Below, piece after piece: positions 1 to 13,501 of a DNA stretch of 64,000 bases. The position numbers and the translations under genes are program-made. Below the pieces are notes generated by a model that saw only the letters and a list, made by a program, of their open reading frames with translations, ran no database searches and was not told where the DNA came from. The stretch comes from Camelus ferus (taxonomy: Eukaryota), in NCBI RefSeq assembly GCF_009834535.1, contig NC_045696.1, positions 57,290,001 through 57,354,000 on the forward strand. The letters run 5' to 3'. The first letter of the stretch is position 1, and each line of letters starts with the position of its first letter.

Positions 1-524
1 ATTATGATAGCACGCATAATATAATGAAAATTTTATTTTTAATACACTCAGAATCCTACATGGAAAGAATTCTTTTATTGTAGGGGGAACTTTACTCTTA
101 CCTGTAGTTCTCATGTTAATAAAATGGCATTAAAGTGACTCATTGGTGTCCTTAAGTGTAATTTTTATTATATATTAGACAATCTTTTGCATACGAATTG
201 GTAAATAAATGCATATCAGGATTCTACCTCATTTCTTACTAAAATGGGACCAATTTAAAGGATCACATCTTCACTGCCCCTTTCTTTGGTGGCATGCAAA
301 TCCTGGGTTATGTCAGTGACAACCCTGACGGCAAGGACTTACAGAGTCTCCTCTCTTGTATCATTTCACGTGCAAGGGCAAAGCAAGAGTGTTTCTCTTG
401 GTTCAATAGTGTCGTGAGTATCTCATTATCTTCCAGACTCAGAACATGTAGGAAAATTTCTAGAGGGTGTGACTTGGATTGGACCAGTTTCTAAGGCAAG
501 AAGACATATAGCTGAAGTGTAGGT

Positions 525-640
525 ATTTTAGTTATTCAGGCTGCTGTAACAAAATACCATAGACTTGGTGACTTATAAACAACAAAATATTTTCTCATAG
601 TTCTGGAGACTGGAAGCCTGAAATGAGGATGTCAGCATGT
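525..640. mobile_element. MLT1-type (MaLR) LTR fragment
   Basis: ggctgctgtaacaaaataccatagact...cagttctggagactggaag matches a recalled MLT1 terminus. Confidence 0.65.
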
Positions 641-2416
641 TTTATGTTTGTTTTTCAGTTTTCTTTTACTTGCCTTCCTACGGATTGCTAGAATATTTTT
701 CAGAATTCTGTTTTAACTTACCTACAATTTTTGAGCACATCTCTTTGCATAGCTTTTTAAACTGATTTCTCCCAGTAATCACTTTATATATGTATATAAA
801 TATATGTATTTATATATATAATCAAAGTCAATGGATCTTGACATTTTGAGTGAATTGTAGACTTGCTTTATATCCATTTACTCTCCCCCATTTATAGCTG
901 TGTTATTGTGTTCAATATTTTCTCTGTATTCATTGAGAACTACACTGAAGTGTATTATAATTTTTGCTTTAACCATCAAACAATTTAGAAAACTCAGGAA
1001 GAGAAAGAAAATGTATTGTATTTACCCATATTTTTATCTTTCTGTGTTCCTTCTTCCTTCTTGTTGTTCCATGGATCCTTCTTTTATTATTTCCTTTCTG
1101 GAAATAGAGAGCTTCCTTTAGCCATTCTTTTAAGGTAGGTCTTTTGGTGACAAATTCTCTTAGTTTTCTTTCATCTGAGAGTGTCATAGATTCCGCTTCA
1201 GATCTGAAAATATTTTCAATAGATACAAAATTCTGGGTTAACTTTTAGCACTTGAAAAATGCTTTGTTACCTTCCTCTACTTTCCTCCTGGTGTCTGATG
1301 AGAAATACACTGTCATTTGGATTGCTTTTTTCCCAATCGGTACCGTGTCATTTCTCGCTGAATGCTATTAAGACTTTGTCTTTAGTTTTCAAAAGACTAT
1401 CATGTGTCTTGATAAGAATTTCTCTAGTTTTAACACATTTGAGGTTTGCTCAGCTTTTTCAATCTGTACGTTGATGATTTTTTTGGCCAAATTTTGGAAA
1501 TTTTTAGTCATTTAAAAAAAACATTTTTCAGCCTTCTCTCTTACTCTCTGCCTCTGGGACTCCAATGACACAAATGTTAGATATTTTTTTGGCCATATGT
1601 CCCTAAGTTTCTGTTCATTTTTTCCCAAGCGTTTTTCCCTTTGTTGTTGAGATTGGGTAGTTTCTACAGTTCAAGTTCACAGATTCTTCCTTCTGTCCTC
1701 TCCATTTTGCTATTGATCCTATCCACTGAGTTCTTTTCTTTTGGTCATCATATTTTTTAGTTCTAAAATTTTTATTTGATTCTTCTTTATATCTTTATTT
1801 CTTTTCTTGAGGCTTCCTATTTCTTTACTGAGCTTTATATTTTTTGTAATTACTTGTTGAAAACATTTTACGGTGGTTGCTTTAAAATTCTTGTCAGACA
1901 ATTTGATATGTGTGTCATCGCTTCCTTGGCATTTGTTAATGGTCTCACTTAGTATGAGATCTCCCTGGTTCTTGGTGTGACAAATGGTTTTCACTGGAAA
2001 CCTGGACATTTTGTACACTGTAAGACTCAGGATCTTATTTAAATCTTGTGTTTTAGCAGTCCTCCTCTGACACCAATCTGATGGATGTGGGGGCACCACC
2101 TTATTAATCTCAGCTTGGGGTGGAAGTTCAGGTTGTACACTCAGCATCCCTTGACATGCTGTGTATGTAGGTGGTGGGGGAGTGGGACAGAAGGTGGAGG
2201 GGAAAAGAGAGGAAGGATCTCATTTCAGCTGGGCGGGGGGTGGAAATTTAGGTTTGCTACTAGACCTCTGTTGATTCCACCCTGGCTGGAAGGCGAGGGA
2301 TACCTCATTATAGCTCTTCACATAGCTTCCACTGACACCTTTTGAGGGGGGTCAGGGGCTTGTTACTACTGAGAAGTCACAAAAGTCCTCACTCTCAACT
2401 AAGCTTCATCTGATAA

Positions 2417-3060
2417 TGTTAGAGCAGGCAGATAGCTAGATATGAGCAGAGAAAGGGGGACACAGACCAAAGGCAGGAATTGGGCAGAAAGGAGGGGCAC
2501 AAGCCAAATGCAGGAAACCACACATCATATAAGCACCAGGGGTCCCTGGTCAGAGAACGAAAAGCAGAAACCTTTGGGCTGATAAGGAATCAGACCTTTG
2601 GGGGTGATGAGTGGCCTGGAGACAAACAAGGAAAGGTGAGAAAAGGCAGGAATTTCCAGTGTCCAAATGTAACCTTTTGCTCATTATGCCCTCATTTCAA
2701 TAAAATTAGCCTTGCAGATCAGAAGTACCCATCATGCACTGACACCATGACACTTCAGATCCAGACTAAATAAAGACAAAAATCCCTCCTCCCTTTGGGA
2801 AGGTGGAGTTGAGATGATAATCAGGGAATACAACTCCAAACCCTTCCTTCCCCAATGAATATTCTGCCCAAACATTTTTACTCCCTATGTAATTAACTTG
2901 CCAAAGAAACACAGGGCAGCTGCTCACCTGAGCCTGCCCGCTCTCCCCTTGAGAGTGTACTATCCATCCTTTGTTAAGTCCTCACTTTACTTTTTTTAAC
3001 CAGCACAACTTGTCTCTGAATCCTTTCTGGGACGGGACAAGAACCTGAAACACTGCAACA
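2417..3060. mobile_element. Solo ERV LTR (644 bp)
   Basis: Inverted termini tgtt...aaca; flanks ataa/atac give a near-perfect 4-bp TSD; inserted into L1 sequence. Confidence 0.75.
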
Positions 3061-3253
3061 ATACTACCCACTAAATGCAGGGGAGAAACACCTCATTATT
3101 CCCAGATGGGATTGGAACTCTAGGCTCCCCACTTGTCTTAACTGACACATGAAAGGGAAGAGGTGCTCATTACCCCCTAGCAAGGATGAAAGTCCTGGCT
3201 CCCCACTCAGCCTTCTATGACACCTCCCAGGTGAAAAGAAGTGGGAGAGAATG

Positions 3254-3730
3254 TGTATAATCAGGCCACCCAAGGTTCTCTCGCTGTCTGAACCCCTTCT
3301 CAACCAGTCCCTGCCTCACCCACACTACTCTCCTGGCTGACCTTCCCTGTTAATCATGGAGCCTAATCAGTGAATGCCTACATACTTGTCCCTGGCCCCA
3401 GCTAATGGTTGTTCTAATCTGTAGATCAGAACTATCTCCACTATGATAGGTTATCAAAGGGGTGGTGAGGGGTGTGCCCCTCTGCTGGTTTCCCTACTGA
3501 CTGATGAGCCAATATGACACCGATTCCCTCTACAACTGGTAACTTCCCTCTCCCCACCAGTAGTGAAGAGTACTGCCATCTGCTGCACACGGGGGGCTGT
3601 GGTTCCAGGGCCTTGCTTTAGAAAGGTAAAAGTCCCCTTCCATTAAACCACTGATGTCTGTGGGCTCTTTTCTTTGGTCTTGAGGCTGGGCTAGCACAGG
3701 GCTTGCAGGCCTGTGAGATGCAGCACAACA
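3254..3730 (+). mobile_element. Solo LTR (477 bp) with 5-bp TSD
   Basis: Starts tgt, ends aca; perfect TSD gaatg at 3249-3253 and 3731-3735; attaaa poly(A)-like signal near 3642. Confidence 0.8.
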
Positions 3731-4324
3731 GAATGCCTCCTTAAGGTGGCAAAGGTGTAAGTTTAGGCTTTTCACTCAGTTTTGCTGGCTGGGGTGGGGG
3801 GTAGTGTTTTTGTAGAGTGCAGATCATCTAAAAGTCTCCTGTCTTGCTTGGCTGCCCCCTTCCTGGTCCTTTGACAGGAATAGCAGGGTTCTCTGGGTGC
3901 TTTTTTTTTTTTTTGTCTCTGCCTATTGGCAATTTCCCAGTTGCTGGCTTTTCTAGTGTCCAGACTGGGATATATAAGGCAAAACAAAACAAAACAACCA
4001 ATAAAGCAAAGTAGGAAACTCACAATAGTGAATTTGCAGGGGTGAAAGGCAGGAGGCAGGTGGTGGTGCACAGATCCTTAGCTGGTCTGCCTTCACTCCA
4101 CCTTTCACAATCTTTCTATGTTTGTTTATATAATATTCACGGCTTTTCTTTGTACTTAGTAAAAGAAATAGGGGAAAGTATATGTATTTCATCTCCCCAG
4201 AATTAGAAATCTCACTGTGCACTCTTTTAATGATCTTTTTTATAAACAGATATTTATAGTGTATACTGTTGATGCCCTGCCCAGATCCCTTTCATTGCAA
4301 TTTTACCCAATTCCCAACTTTTCC

Positions 4325-4444
4325 TTTTTATTTATTTATTTTATTTTTATATCCTTTTTATTTTTGATGGAGGTACTGGGGATTGAGCCTAGGACCTTGT
4401 GCATGCTAAGCATGCACTCCACCACTGAGCTATACCCTCCCCCC
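4325..4444 (-). mobile_element. Camelid tRNA-derived SINE (Vic-1-like)
   Basis: Reverse complement has gggtatagctcagtggtggagtgcatgcttagcatgcacaaggtcctaggctcaatccccagtacctcc (A/B boxes) plus an A-rich tail. Confidence 0.85.
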
Positions 4445-5629
4445 ACCATCCCTAGCTTTTCTAGGAGTTGGCTGATAACTCACAACTGCTCCTTTCTCTG
4501 AGGACTTGCCATGGGGTAAATGGGAGCTATCTAAGTCTTCCCTTAGTTGCCATGACCACCAGTCCTTCCTGCCGGGACCAGGCCTCTGCCAGTACTGCAT
4601 ATCTGTGCTCTAGACCTTCCCCCGGAGATGACTGCCGCTAGTCTGCTGCTGAGACCACACTCTTGATATATTTATGTTGCCTGATTTGTCAGTCTTTTCT
4701 TTTGTGGTTAATGCTGTTTGAGCTTTTGTTATATCCCATCCCCACTTCCCACTACTTTTTCCCTTTGACTATCTCTGATTCTCATCTTTTTTTATTCCTT
4801 CCATTTCTCTAAACTTGTTTTTGTAATGTCAAAGTAAACAGAGCTAGTCCCAACTCACTTCAACTCTGTGAGTTTCAATGATCTCATCAGCAAAGTGGTG
4901 ATAATGTCCCTACCTTACATATCAGTGGAGGTCCCATAAAAGCATGCACTTACAGGCATTGGCACAGGGTTTGAAACCTAATGAGAAGCAATCAGTGGGA
5001 GCAAAATTTATTATCTGTAATTCCTTTGTCCCCGGCTGTTGTGTGTTATTATCCCTATCTACTTTATGTTTTAGGTTTTTCTTTTTTAAAATTATACATC
5101 ACTTTCTCTGTCTAAATACTATTCACAGCACAGCTAGAAATTGCCCACCTGTGGTCCCTCAGCCCCTCCATCTTGTTTCATGTCCCTCTTGGTCTGTTTC
5201 AGGTCAGAGCACATCTCACTCCTTTCAGCTACTCCCTCTGTGTCTTTGGGTGTTCTGTGGCAGAATTGAGATGCTGTATATAGGTGGTGTGTATCTCTTT
5301 TGCCTTAGAGGGGCTAAGGGGTGGAAACTTGGAGCTAGGCCTATAAGCAATTAATTTCAAAATACAGCAAAATTGTTCATATCTGATACATCGGCAAACA
5401 AAGTGGCCTGACAGATTTAATAGAAAGTATGATACAGATTTTGTGGGAAAACACAAACGCGGAGATACACTCCACAGAGATAAGTCGTGGAAAAAATGTA
5501 TGTTGTGTGTTACAAAAAAAAGTATATATACATAGACTTAAAGCAGTTTTCCATTACATGCTAGGAAAGAAGTTTAGTGTCATATACGTGAGTGCATACA
5601 CCAGAGGAACTCATCAGGAAAGGCTTCTA

Positions 5630-6190
5630 TGATGAAGTAACTGAAACCTGAAGGGTTAGTGTAAGTTAATTGTAGGAAATTGGAGGAGAAAGAGCATTCC
5701 AGGCAGAGGACCAGTATGGGTGAAGGACCTGGGTTTTAAAGGACCTTGGAGAATTCTGAAAACTTAAATGAGGCCAACATGCTAGAGTATGGTGGGAGAA
5801 ATTGGTGTAAGGTGACATGAGAGATAGGAAAGGTCCAGATCATGCACAGCATTACAAGCCATAGTGTTTGACTTTTGTTTCTTGGACACCAGAAAACAGC
5901 TGAAGAGTTAGGAAAGAAAAAAAAAAAAAAACATGTATCAACATATGTAAAAAGATGACCCTGGATCTTATGTGAAAAGGAAAAAAAATAAGAAGAAATG
6001 TAAAGGAGCAAAAGCATAAAGAAGGCAATGAGTTATAAGACTATTGCCATCCTCCACTAAATAAATATTGGTGGCTTTTAGTAACAGTAGAAATGGTGAA
6101 AATTATCGAATTGTGCATCTGTATTGAAAGTAGATTGCTTATGGATTCAATGCAGGGTGCAAGAGAAAGAGAGGTCAGGAACGACAAAAA
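5630..6190. mobile_element. LINE-2 fragment
   Basis: Purine-rich degenerate L2 motifs (agcattccaggcagagg..., ggtccagatcatgc...). Confidence 0.55.
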
Positions 6191-7894
6191 AGAAGAAGCT
6201 GGAAGCACTTTAGCATAATTCAGCTAACCAAAGCATTTCAATCTTACCATGTCTCCCCAGCTATTAACATTTTATATTAATTTCTTTACATTTAAACACT
6301 TCTATGCCCACAAGGGCCAAAAAAGTAACATAAAGTGAAATGAGTAGGGACTATGAAAAACTCTTTATAGTCTCCTTCCTTGGAAATTGCATGTGGCAAA
6401 GACCACCAATAGTTGACCCCTAATATCAGCTATTCACATCTTCTTGCATAGTAACAAAATTCCAAAATTTTACCTAGCCGTGTGGCCATCCAAAACACTA
6501 TCAATTAGGGTTTGATCAGGAGGGCTGAACTGTATGAATGATACAGAACAAGAAATCTATTACAAATATTAGTTATAAAGTTGTGGGATCTGGTGAAGAC
6601 TGATTTTTACCTCTGCTTCTGGTGGCAGGTCTGATGTCTGTCCCTGCAAGTCAGCAGAGCCAACAGTTGGGAAGAAAGCATGGATGTGAAATGGGGAAGC
6701 ATGAGGACAAACTGGAACCTGCAAGACAAACTGGAGTCCATAAGTACAAACGAGAAACCTCATTCGTCTCACTGCCTCCTCCTCTCAACGGGAAAAGAAG
6801 CAAAAAATACGTAGCCATCTGTAATCTAACGAACAGACTACATTTCTTTTCCCTTCTTGCAGTCAAGCATAGCATGTGACTAAGAAATAGCCAATGAGCA
6901 TTTTGCTGTTAATGATGTTTCTAGATGAGGATTTTGGTTTGTTTGTTTGTTTAACTTTTGGGATTTAACAGGCTCCCAGAATCTAAGTATTGGATTAATC
7001 CATTCTGGAAAATCCTTGGTTATTATATTTAAAATACTGCTCAACTATATTTTCTTTCTCCTCCAGATTTCCAATTAGAAGTATGTTAGACTTTCCCACT
7101 CTGTTTTCCCTGTCCCCTAATGCCTCCCTCCATCCCTCGCTGGAAGAAGGATATTTCCAGCAGCTGGGATGGCACAACAGGATCTTGGAATTTCTTCTTC
7201 CCATAGACTATCTTGTATCCTTTAAGAAAGATTTTCAGGGAATTTTTTAAACTTGAATTTTTTGAGTCATTGTTATGTAAGATCATCTTTAAGCATTGGT
7301 TTAGGGTTTTCCTAAAATGTTTCTCCATCTTCAAAATTTTGGTTGATGGAGACCCACTCATCTCTTTTATAAATAAAAGGGGGGAAAAAAAGAAAAAGAT
7401 TGCATGAATCCATGCAATTATTCAAAAAATCTGCTTTAACAGTGATCTTCTTAGAAATACTTCTAAATATTGCCCAGTGGCTCTGCACTCTCTTTTCCTT
7501 TCCTCTGCTTTATTTCCATTATAACACTTATAACTTTCTGAAATCTATTGTTTGTTCACATGTGTATTCCTCACCGTAATGTAAGGTCCACAAGGGCAGG
7601 AAATGTGTCCTCTTCTCTGTTTTATCTCCAGCACTTGTACAATGTGAGACACATAGTAGACACTCAAAATATTTGTGGAATGGATGAATGACAACTATGT
7701 CAGGCATTTTGCTGGGGTCTGGAACAAAATGATGAAGCAAAGAAACACAGCCTCATCTCTTTTGTATCTTGATTTCAAACCAATTGCCCTCCTTTTCTAA
7801 AAATTTTCAGTTTTGTTATTTGATCTGGAAATTAATCTGAGAAAGTCTTTACTGAGTGTATCGTGTTCTCTGAGATATAAATATTAGCTTCTCA

Positions 7895-8027
7895 GGGTGA
7901 GGGCATAGCTCAGTAGAAGTGTGTGTGCTTAGCATGCACAAGGTCCTGTGTTCAATCGCCAGTACCTCCATTAAAATAAATAAATACACCTAATTACCTC
8001 CCCCACTCCCCAAAACTAAAACTAAAA
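7895..8027 (+). mobile_element. Vic-1-like SINE with 18-bp TSD
   Basis: tRNA-like head, cctaattacctcccc tail motif; TSD ataaatattagcttctca at 7877-7894 and 8028-8045. Confidence 0.9.
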
Positions 8028-10181
8028 ATAAATATTAGCTTCTCATACCAGGCACATCAATTATGAGAATTTGAGAAGGAGTCCTGAACTTTGAATCTCC
8101 TAGAGCTTGATATTTGAGCCTGGATCTCCTCAGACTGATTTGTCCTTTTTCTTCCTTCTGAGGTAAGGGAGGGAATAGCTATGAAAACCTTGAAGGAGGA
8201 GGATTTCACTCATCAAGTGAGAATGGAGCAATCAATCAATAAACAAACATAAACAATTATTTAATTCTTTTAGTGATATTAATTGCTTTAATCTTATAGC
8301 TACCCTGAGACCTTGTGACTTGACCAAGGTCACACATCTATATATAGTGCAGCCTAGATGCACACAGTCTGGCTCCAGAATCCTTTTCTACATTTTCCCA
8401 CTCTCCCTTTCTCTTCTTTTTCTGCCCTTCTCCGTCACCTTGTGGACAATTTTGATTCCTGGAAGAACTGGGAGAACTGCCAAAATTCTTTTCTTACATC
8501 TCTGCCTTCTCTTATTTCTTCATGTTTGATTAGGGACCCTGTCCGGCAAGAGTTAGGGAGGAGTCTTAGATGCCCGCCTAGCCCAAGAAGAGAGGGAGAA
8601 GGAGGAGAGCCACCCTGGGGTTAAGGAGGAAGAATGAGCCAATCAGACCTTCAAAAACAGGAACTGCCCAGGGGATGAGGTGGCGTCCTTCGGGCACCAG
8701 CCACCTAGAATGAATCAATGGATTAACTGGAATGAAGGCATAATGTCCTCAACAACCACAGTCTAAGCCACATAATTGCACAGGGTCTTTCTCCAGGATG
8801 AGAGTGGGATACAACCAACACTGCCCCTTTCAGATAGTTTCCTTCCCTGTCAATACATGCCATGTGCTTCCACCCCTGCCAACAATTTTCTCCTTGCCTG
8901 CTCCTGAGGCTGCGGATCTTTGCCTTCATCCTGGATGGCATCATCACCCAGCACATTCTTTACCCCTCCCGGCTACAGGGCAACTCTACAGCCTTGCCTC
9001 TTCAAAGACTGGCCTCTATCTGCAAAGGAAGAATCTGCATTTCCCACCCAGCCAAGGAAAGGGGTGTCGAAAAGGAAGGAGGAGCTGCCTGAGGGAGAGC
9101 TGGCATGGTCCTGGGCTCTGGATCCTCCCCCTCTGCTAAAACCCAGAGCAGAACCAGGCAGGCTCGAAAATGGCAGAGAGATAGAGAAAGGGTTCAGCAA
9201 ATGAGGTTTTTTTTTAAACCTTCATTTTTTTCTCACTATTGTAAAAAGTGAAAATATAACATAGATAATGAAGAAAGTGAATGTTCAATGGAATCCCAGT
9301 CCCTTAAGATAACTTCTATTGATCAGTTTGCTTCTTTCTCTTTAATTTTTTTCTTTATTGGTATTTTTGTTCATAAGTGTAATATATTTTCTTGTTAAAA
9401 AGAAGTTTCAATGGAATCTGCCCACCAGTACTTATTAACTCATCCATCTATCATCCATCCATGTATTCACTAATAAAAAAAACTGTTTAACTTTGTTCCA
9501 CACCAAGTGCTCGGCTCTGAGGATACAGCAATAAACAAAGTTCTATGTACAAGAGGCTTGCATTCACTTGAAGGAGGTAAGGAAATGTAGATATATTAAT
9601 TTATTATATTTTAAAGTAGATTTTCCAAATTCATTTTTATTGCTATAGAATAATTCATATGATAAATATATCACAACTTATTCTATTGATAGACTTTTAG
9701 ATTTACTCCAAAATTTTGACAATAAAACAAGTATTATAATGAATAGCATTGTATAGTTTTTTTTACAGCATCTTTTACATATTTTTATTAACTTTTAAAT
9801 ATTAAGAATGGGCTAAAAGTTTATATGACATTTTTAAATATATAAAATTTTTAAATATTTAAAATTTTAATGACTGTCACTTAAAATAGTTTCCCCCAAA
9901 ATCAAAGAAATTAACATTCCCCCCAAGTGAGTGAAAATGCCAGTGCTTATCACTGCACCATGAACCCTGAGTTTTATTCATATTTTAAATATAAGGGAGA
10001 AAAAAGGAAAAGGAAAAGTGATTTAATTCCTGGATTAAATGGCATTTCCTTTTAAGTATTTTTTCATATGCTTACTGGCCAATCAGATGGCTAGATAACA
10101 AATTCAGGGCAGAAACATTTTAGTTCTTGCTCATCATTGTGTCCCCATCACTAGCACACTCCACACAGCACAGAACATGAT

Positions 10182-10242
10182 AAATAATGTATAGAAAATA
10201 AATGTTAACCAAATAATGTATAGAAAATAAATGTTAACCAAA
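10182..10242. repeat. Perfect 29-bp tandem duplication
   Basis: aaataatgtatagaaaataaatgttaacc x2. Confidence 0.95.
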
Positions 10243-10829
10243 CTATAGTTCAGTTGAATTTTTAGGTACCAGTTGTCCATAAGGTAAGGAGTACAAGAGA
10301 ATGATAGGAAAAATGGAAATTGGTAGGCATAGATAACCGATACTGAAAAAGGGAATGAGATACTGAGAGGGGATAAGAGAGATCTGGGGATAAATTGTGA
10401 GACTTCTCTGTACTGTGGTCTCTCAGGAACACCTGTCAGTGTCCCATTTCCTGGGTTGATTCTTTAATGCCTAAATCTTTTCTTTCCTATTGTCTATTGC
10501 TTTCTACTTTTGCTTTATTTTGGGTACATTTCTTTTGTCACATGGTGAGTTTCTTTCTTTGGTAGGATGCTGGGTGTGAGTCTAGTCTTTTGTTTCTAGA
10601 TTTATGGCTTAGTCTAAGACCTTAATCTACGCCCTCTGGGCTAGCTGATGGGAGGAGTGGAGAGGGCCAGGGTCACAGTCCCCTCCCCAATCTAGAGAAG
10701 CATAATCCAACAAGCCAATAGTTGCTACTATGATTTGAAGCAGAAGTCAAGTCTATTAAAATCATAATTGACCATCCCCCTACCCAAAGCCAGAATAGTT
10801 TTTGTCACCCAGAAGGCATTCAATAAGTA

Positions 10830-12250
10830 AGAGATGAATAATGTACAGCATATTGCTGGAGTTAATAATACTGTACTGCATATTTGAAACTTGCTAAAAG
10901 AGTACATCCTAAAAGTTCTCACCACAAGAAAAAAAGATTTTGTAACTATGTGTGGTGACGGACGTTAACTAGACTTATGGTGGTGACTGTTTCACAATAT
11001 ATACTAATATTGAATTGTTATGTTATATACTTGAAACTAATGTTATATGTCAATTACACCTCAATTACAAAAAGTAAGTGGTGAGTGAGTGAATGAAAGA
11101 ACAAACAGATGGATAAATGAGTAAGCCTTCAGTCAGTCTGAGGAAGATGATGGCAGGGATGGGTGGGCAAAGCACCACAGAGAAAACAAAATTAAAGGTT
11201 AACAAAAAGCATTAGCCAGAGCAACAAAATATGTAGCATTATGGCTAAACAAGCTGCAGCTCAGAAAGGTAAGGAAATGACAGCAGTTTAAAAAGATTAA
11301 GAATAGAATGAAGATCTAATGGAAATCTAATGGAAATTCCAGAAGAAGCTAGTAGAGATAATGGAAGCAAGACAATATTCAAAGAGATAATCACTCAGAA
11401 ATGTCTATAACTGAAAAAATTCAAGAGTGTTTAGATTGAAGACATATAGTAAGACATGGACAAGATAAATATAAATCTTACACAGACACTCTAGGTAAAA
11501 ATATGGACTGTAGACAAAGCACAAATCTTTTAATAGCAACTAGAGAGTAGAGAAAGGTTACAAAGGAATAAAATTTTGACTATCAGCAGACTTCTCAAAT
11601 AAATGAGCTGTACACTCACCTAACTTATGCCAGGCTGACAATGTAATCAATATATTTTCAGGCAAAGAAAGCTTTAAAATGTTTACAATTAATAGACCAT
11701 CACTAAGAGAACTACTTGATTCTACTCCAGAAAGAATAAAACTGTGCCCAAAAGGAAAACTAAGGATGAAAAAAGCAATGATGATCAAAGAATTTGAAAA
11801 CTTTATGACAAAAAATAATAATGATAACTTTAAGGGGCATGAAAGCAAGTTTGATCTAAAATAGACAAAAATAACAGTAAAGACTGAAGATGGGGAATTC
11901 ACTGTTAAAAATTCAAAGAGCATTTTATTGTTTGGGAGAAGTATAAACAGAATAATGTCAGAATTTTTAAAATCAAGTAGGTACGTGAAAAAATTAATGG
12001 AAACTTTAAATCTTGCATGTAACTTACATACCATTGTGGGAGAGGGGAAGGGAATACAGTGCAAACTTTCCAACAAAAGGCAGAAAAAGTGGGAAAAAAA
12101 AAACCGAAACACAAAGATAAAGAGGTAGAAATCATTATCCTATCAAACATAAATAGATTTAATCCATGTTAAAATTCTCCAATTGGACTGCAATTAAAGA
12201 GACACACCTATAACTTCAAATTATGCAAGTATAAAGGTAAAGAGGTAGTG
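10830..12250 (+). mobile_element. LINE-1 fragments (3' end ~10830-11072, then old ORF1-like segment)
   Basis: L1 3' UTR motifs (cttgaaactaatgttatatgtcaattacacctcaatt); ORF1-like peptide NRPSLRELL at 11679-11864. Confidence 0.65.
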
Positions 12251-12382
12251 GTATCAAGAGGGCACAGGAGTCAGCCTTAAAAGTTGGTCAAAGTTAGGAA
12301 GTTTAAGCATAAAAAGAATAAAAAGTTTATTTCCAGCAACAGTGGTATTAGTCTCTAGGCATACTTTCGTTGAATAAATGAA

Positions 12383-12470
12383 TGATTGAATGAATGAATC
12401 AAGGGTGGGACGTTAGGGGTGTGTCTGGGTGGTGCAAGGGTCTGATGGTATCAAAAATTACATTTAAATA
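12383..12470 (+). promoter_or_regulatory. ARGFX: Putative ARGFX proximal promoter
   Basis: Three GT/CACCC boxes (12403, 12416, 12427), a TATA-like tttaaata at 12463-12470 and a DUX-like tgattgaatga at 12383, just upstream of a strong donor at 12570. Confidence 0.4.
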
Positions 12471-12489
12471 CACCGTGTTTCACCATGAA

Positions 12490-12569
12490 GACACACTAAA
12501 GGAATTGCATCTCCAGAGAAACACATCAAGAAGTCTTGAAAATAGGCAATCCAAGGGGATTTATAACAG
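12490..12569 (+). other. ARGFX: Probable ARGFX non-coding exon 1 (start approximate)
   Basis: Ends aaggggatttataacag|gtaagc (consensus donor); resembles my recollection of the human ARGFX 5' UTR. Confidence 0.55.
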
Positions 12570-13501
12570 GTAAGCAGGGGGAGGGAAGGGAGAGAAAATA
12601 GGGGACCAGAATGTGGGGTCAAAAAGAACTTAAAAGACCAAAGGTGCAAGATTAAAGGATGCAAATCGCTCAGCTCTATCGCTCAGCTCCATCCCAGTTG
12701 GAGGGAGGTGACAGAAGGTTGTAAACTGAGGGCAGAAGGAAGATCAGAAGATCTGACTGTCTCATGAAAGTCAGGGAGTGAATGTGAGACCCTTTGCTAC
12801 TGAAGGTTGATGTCTGCTTTGCAGGACTCCCATACTTTACCAGTCTGTGCTAGCCTGGCCTTTGCAAGTCCTCATTAGACTACTCAGCATCAGAAGCTCC
12901 ATCATAGCAGCAGTTTTCATGTGGCTTGTTTACTGCAGAACCACCAGACCTAGATAAGCACAGCCTATAGAAGGCAGGCGATGGATACTTGCTGAGTTAG
13001 TGTGGTGCCCCCACTGGCAATTCCGTCCTGTGCTATCTGGGGATGATACCCAAGCTCAGCTGAAGCATGCTTCTTGTTCAATATGCCAGTTTAAGATGTA
13101 GGCTATCAAATACCCTTTCTGGGAAAGTGGGCAGGAGTTAGTAAGACCTAATTCATTCCCACTTATGCTACTCTAGCTGCCCAAATGTTAATATCTTACT
13201 TCCCTTCATTTATAAGAGGATGCTAACGACTGTACTTTTCCCCATGCGTTTGCTGAGAATTAAACGAATCCCGTGTATGAAGCACTTAGATGTCGAAAAA
13301 CATCTCCAAATATTATTATTATTAGATTTAACCAGATATTTACCATTTCTGTGGCTCTTCCTTCATTCCTGAAGTTCCAGTTTTCCTTCATATCATTTCC
13401 CTTTAGCCTAAAGAAGTTTCTGGTAACATTTCTGTAGAATAGAACTAATGGCCACAGATCTCACAGTTTCCCTTAATCTGAGAATGTCATCATTTCTGCA
13501 T

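Larger units (their letters stand above)
650..4215 (-). mobile_element. Old degraded LINE-1 (L1M-type 5' region/ORF1), interrupted by two solo LTRs
   Basis: Minus-strand ORF fragments are L1 ORF1-like (LREFVTKRPTLKEWLKEAL at 969-1187; DIKKNQIKILELKNMMT at 1719-2147); boundaries approximate. Confidence 0.7.

Noticed and set aside
294..494. 66-aa ORF starting at an octamer atgcaaat
   Set aside because: No recognisable homology or supported exon structure; single motif expected by chance
7895..7970. tRNA-like sequences here and at other SINE sites
   Set aside because: Have A-rich tails, TSDs and degenerate stems: SINEs, not tRNA genes
11558..12112. 184-aa hydrophobic minus-strand ORF
   Set aside because: Antisense of A-rich L1 sequence gives F/L-rich pseudo-membrane peptides
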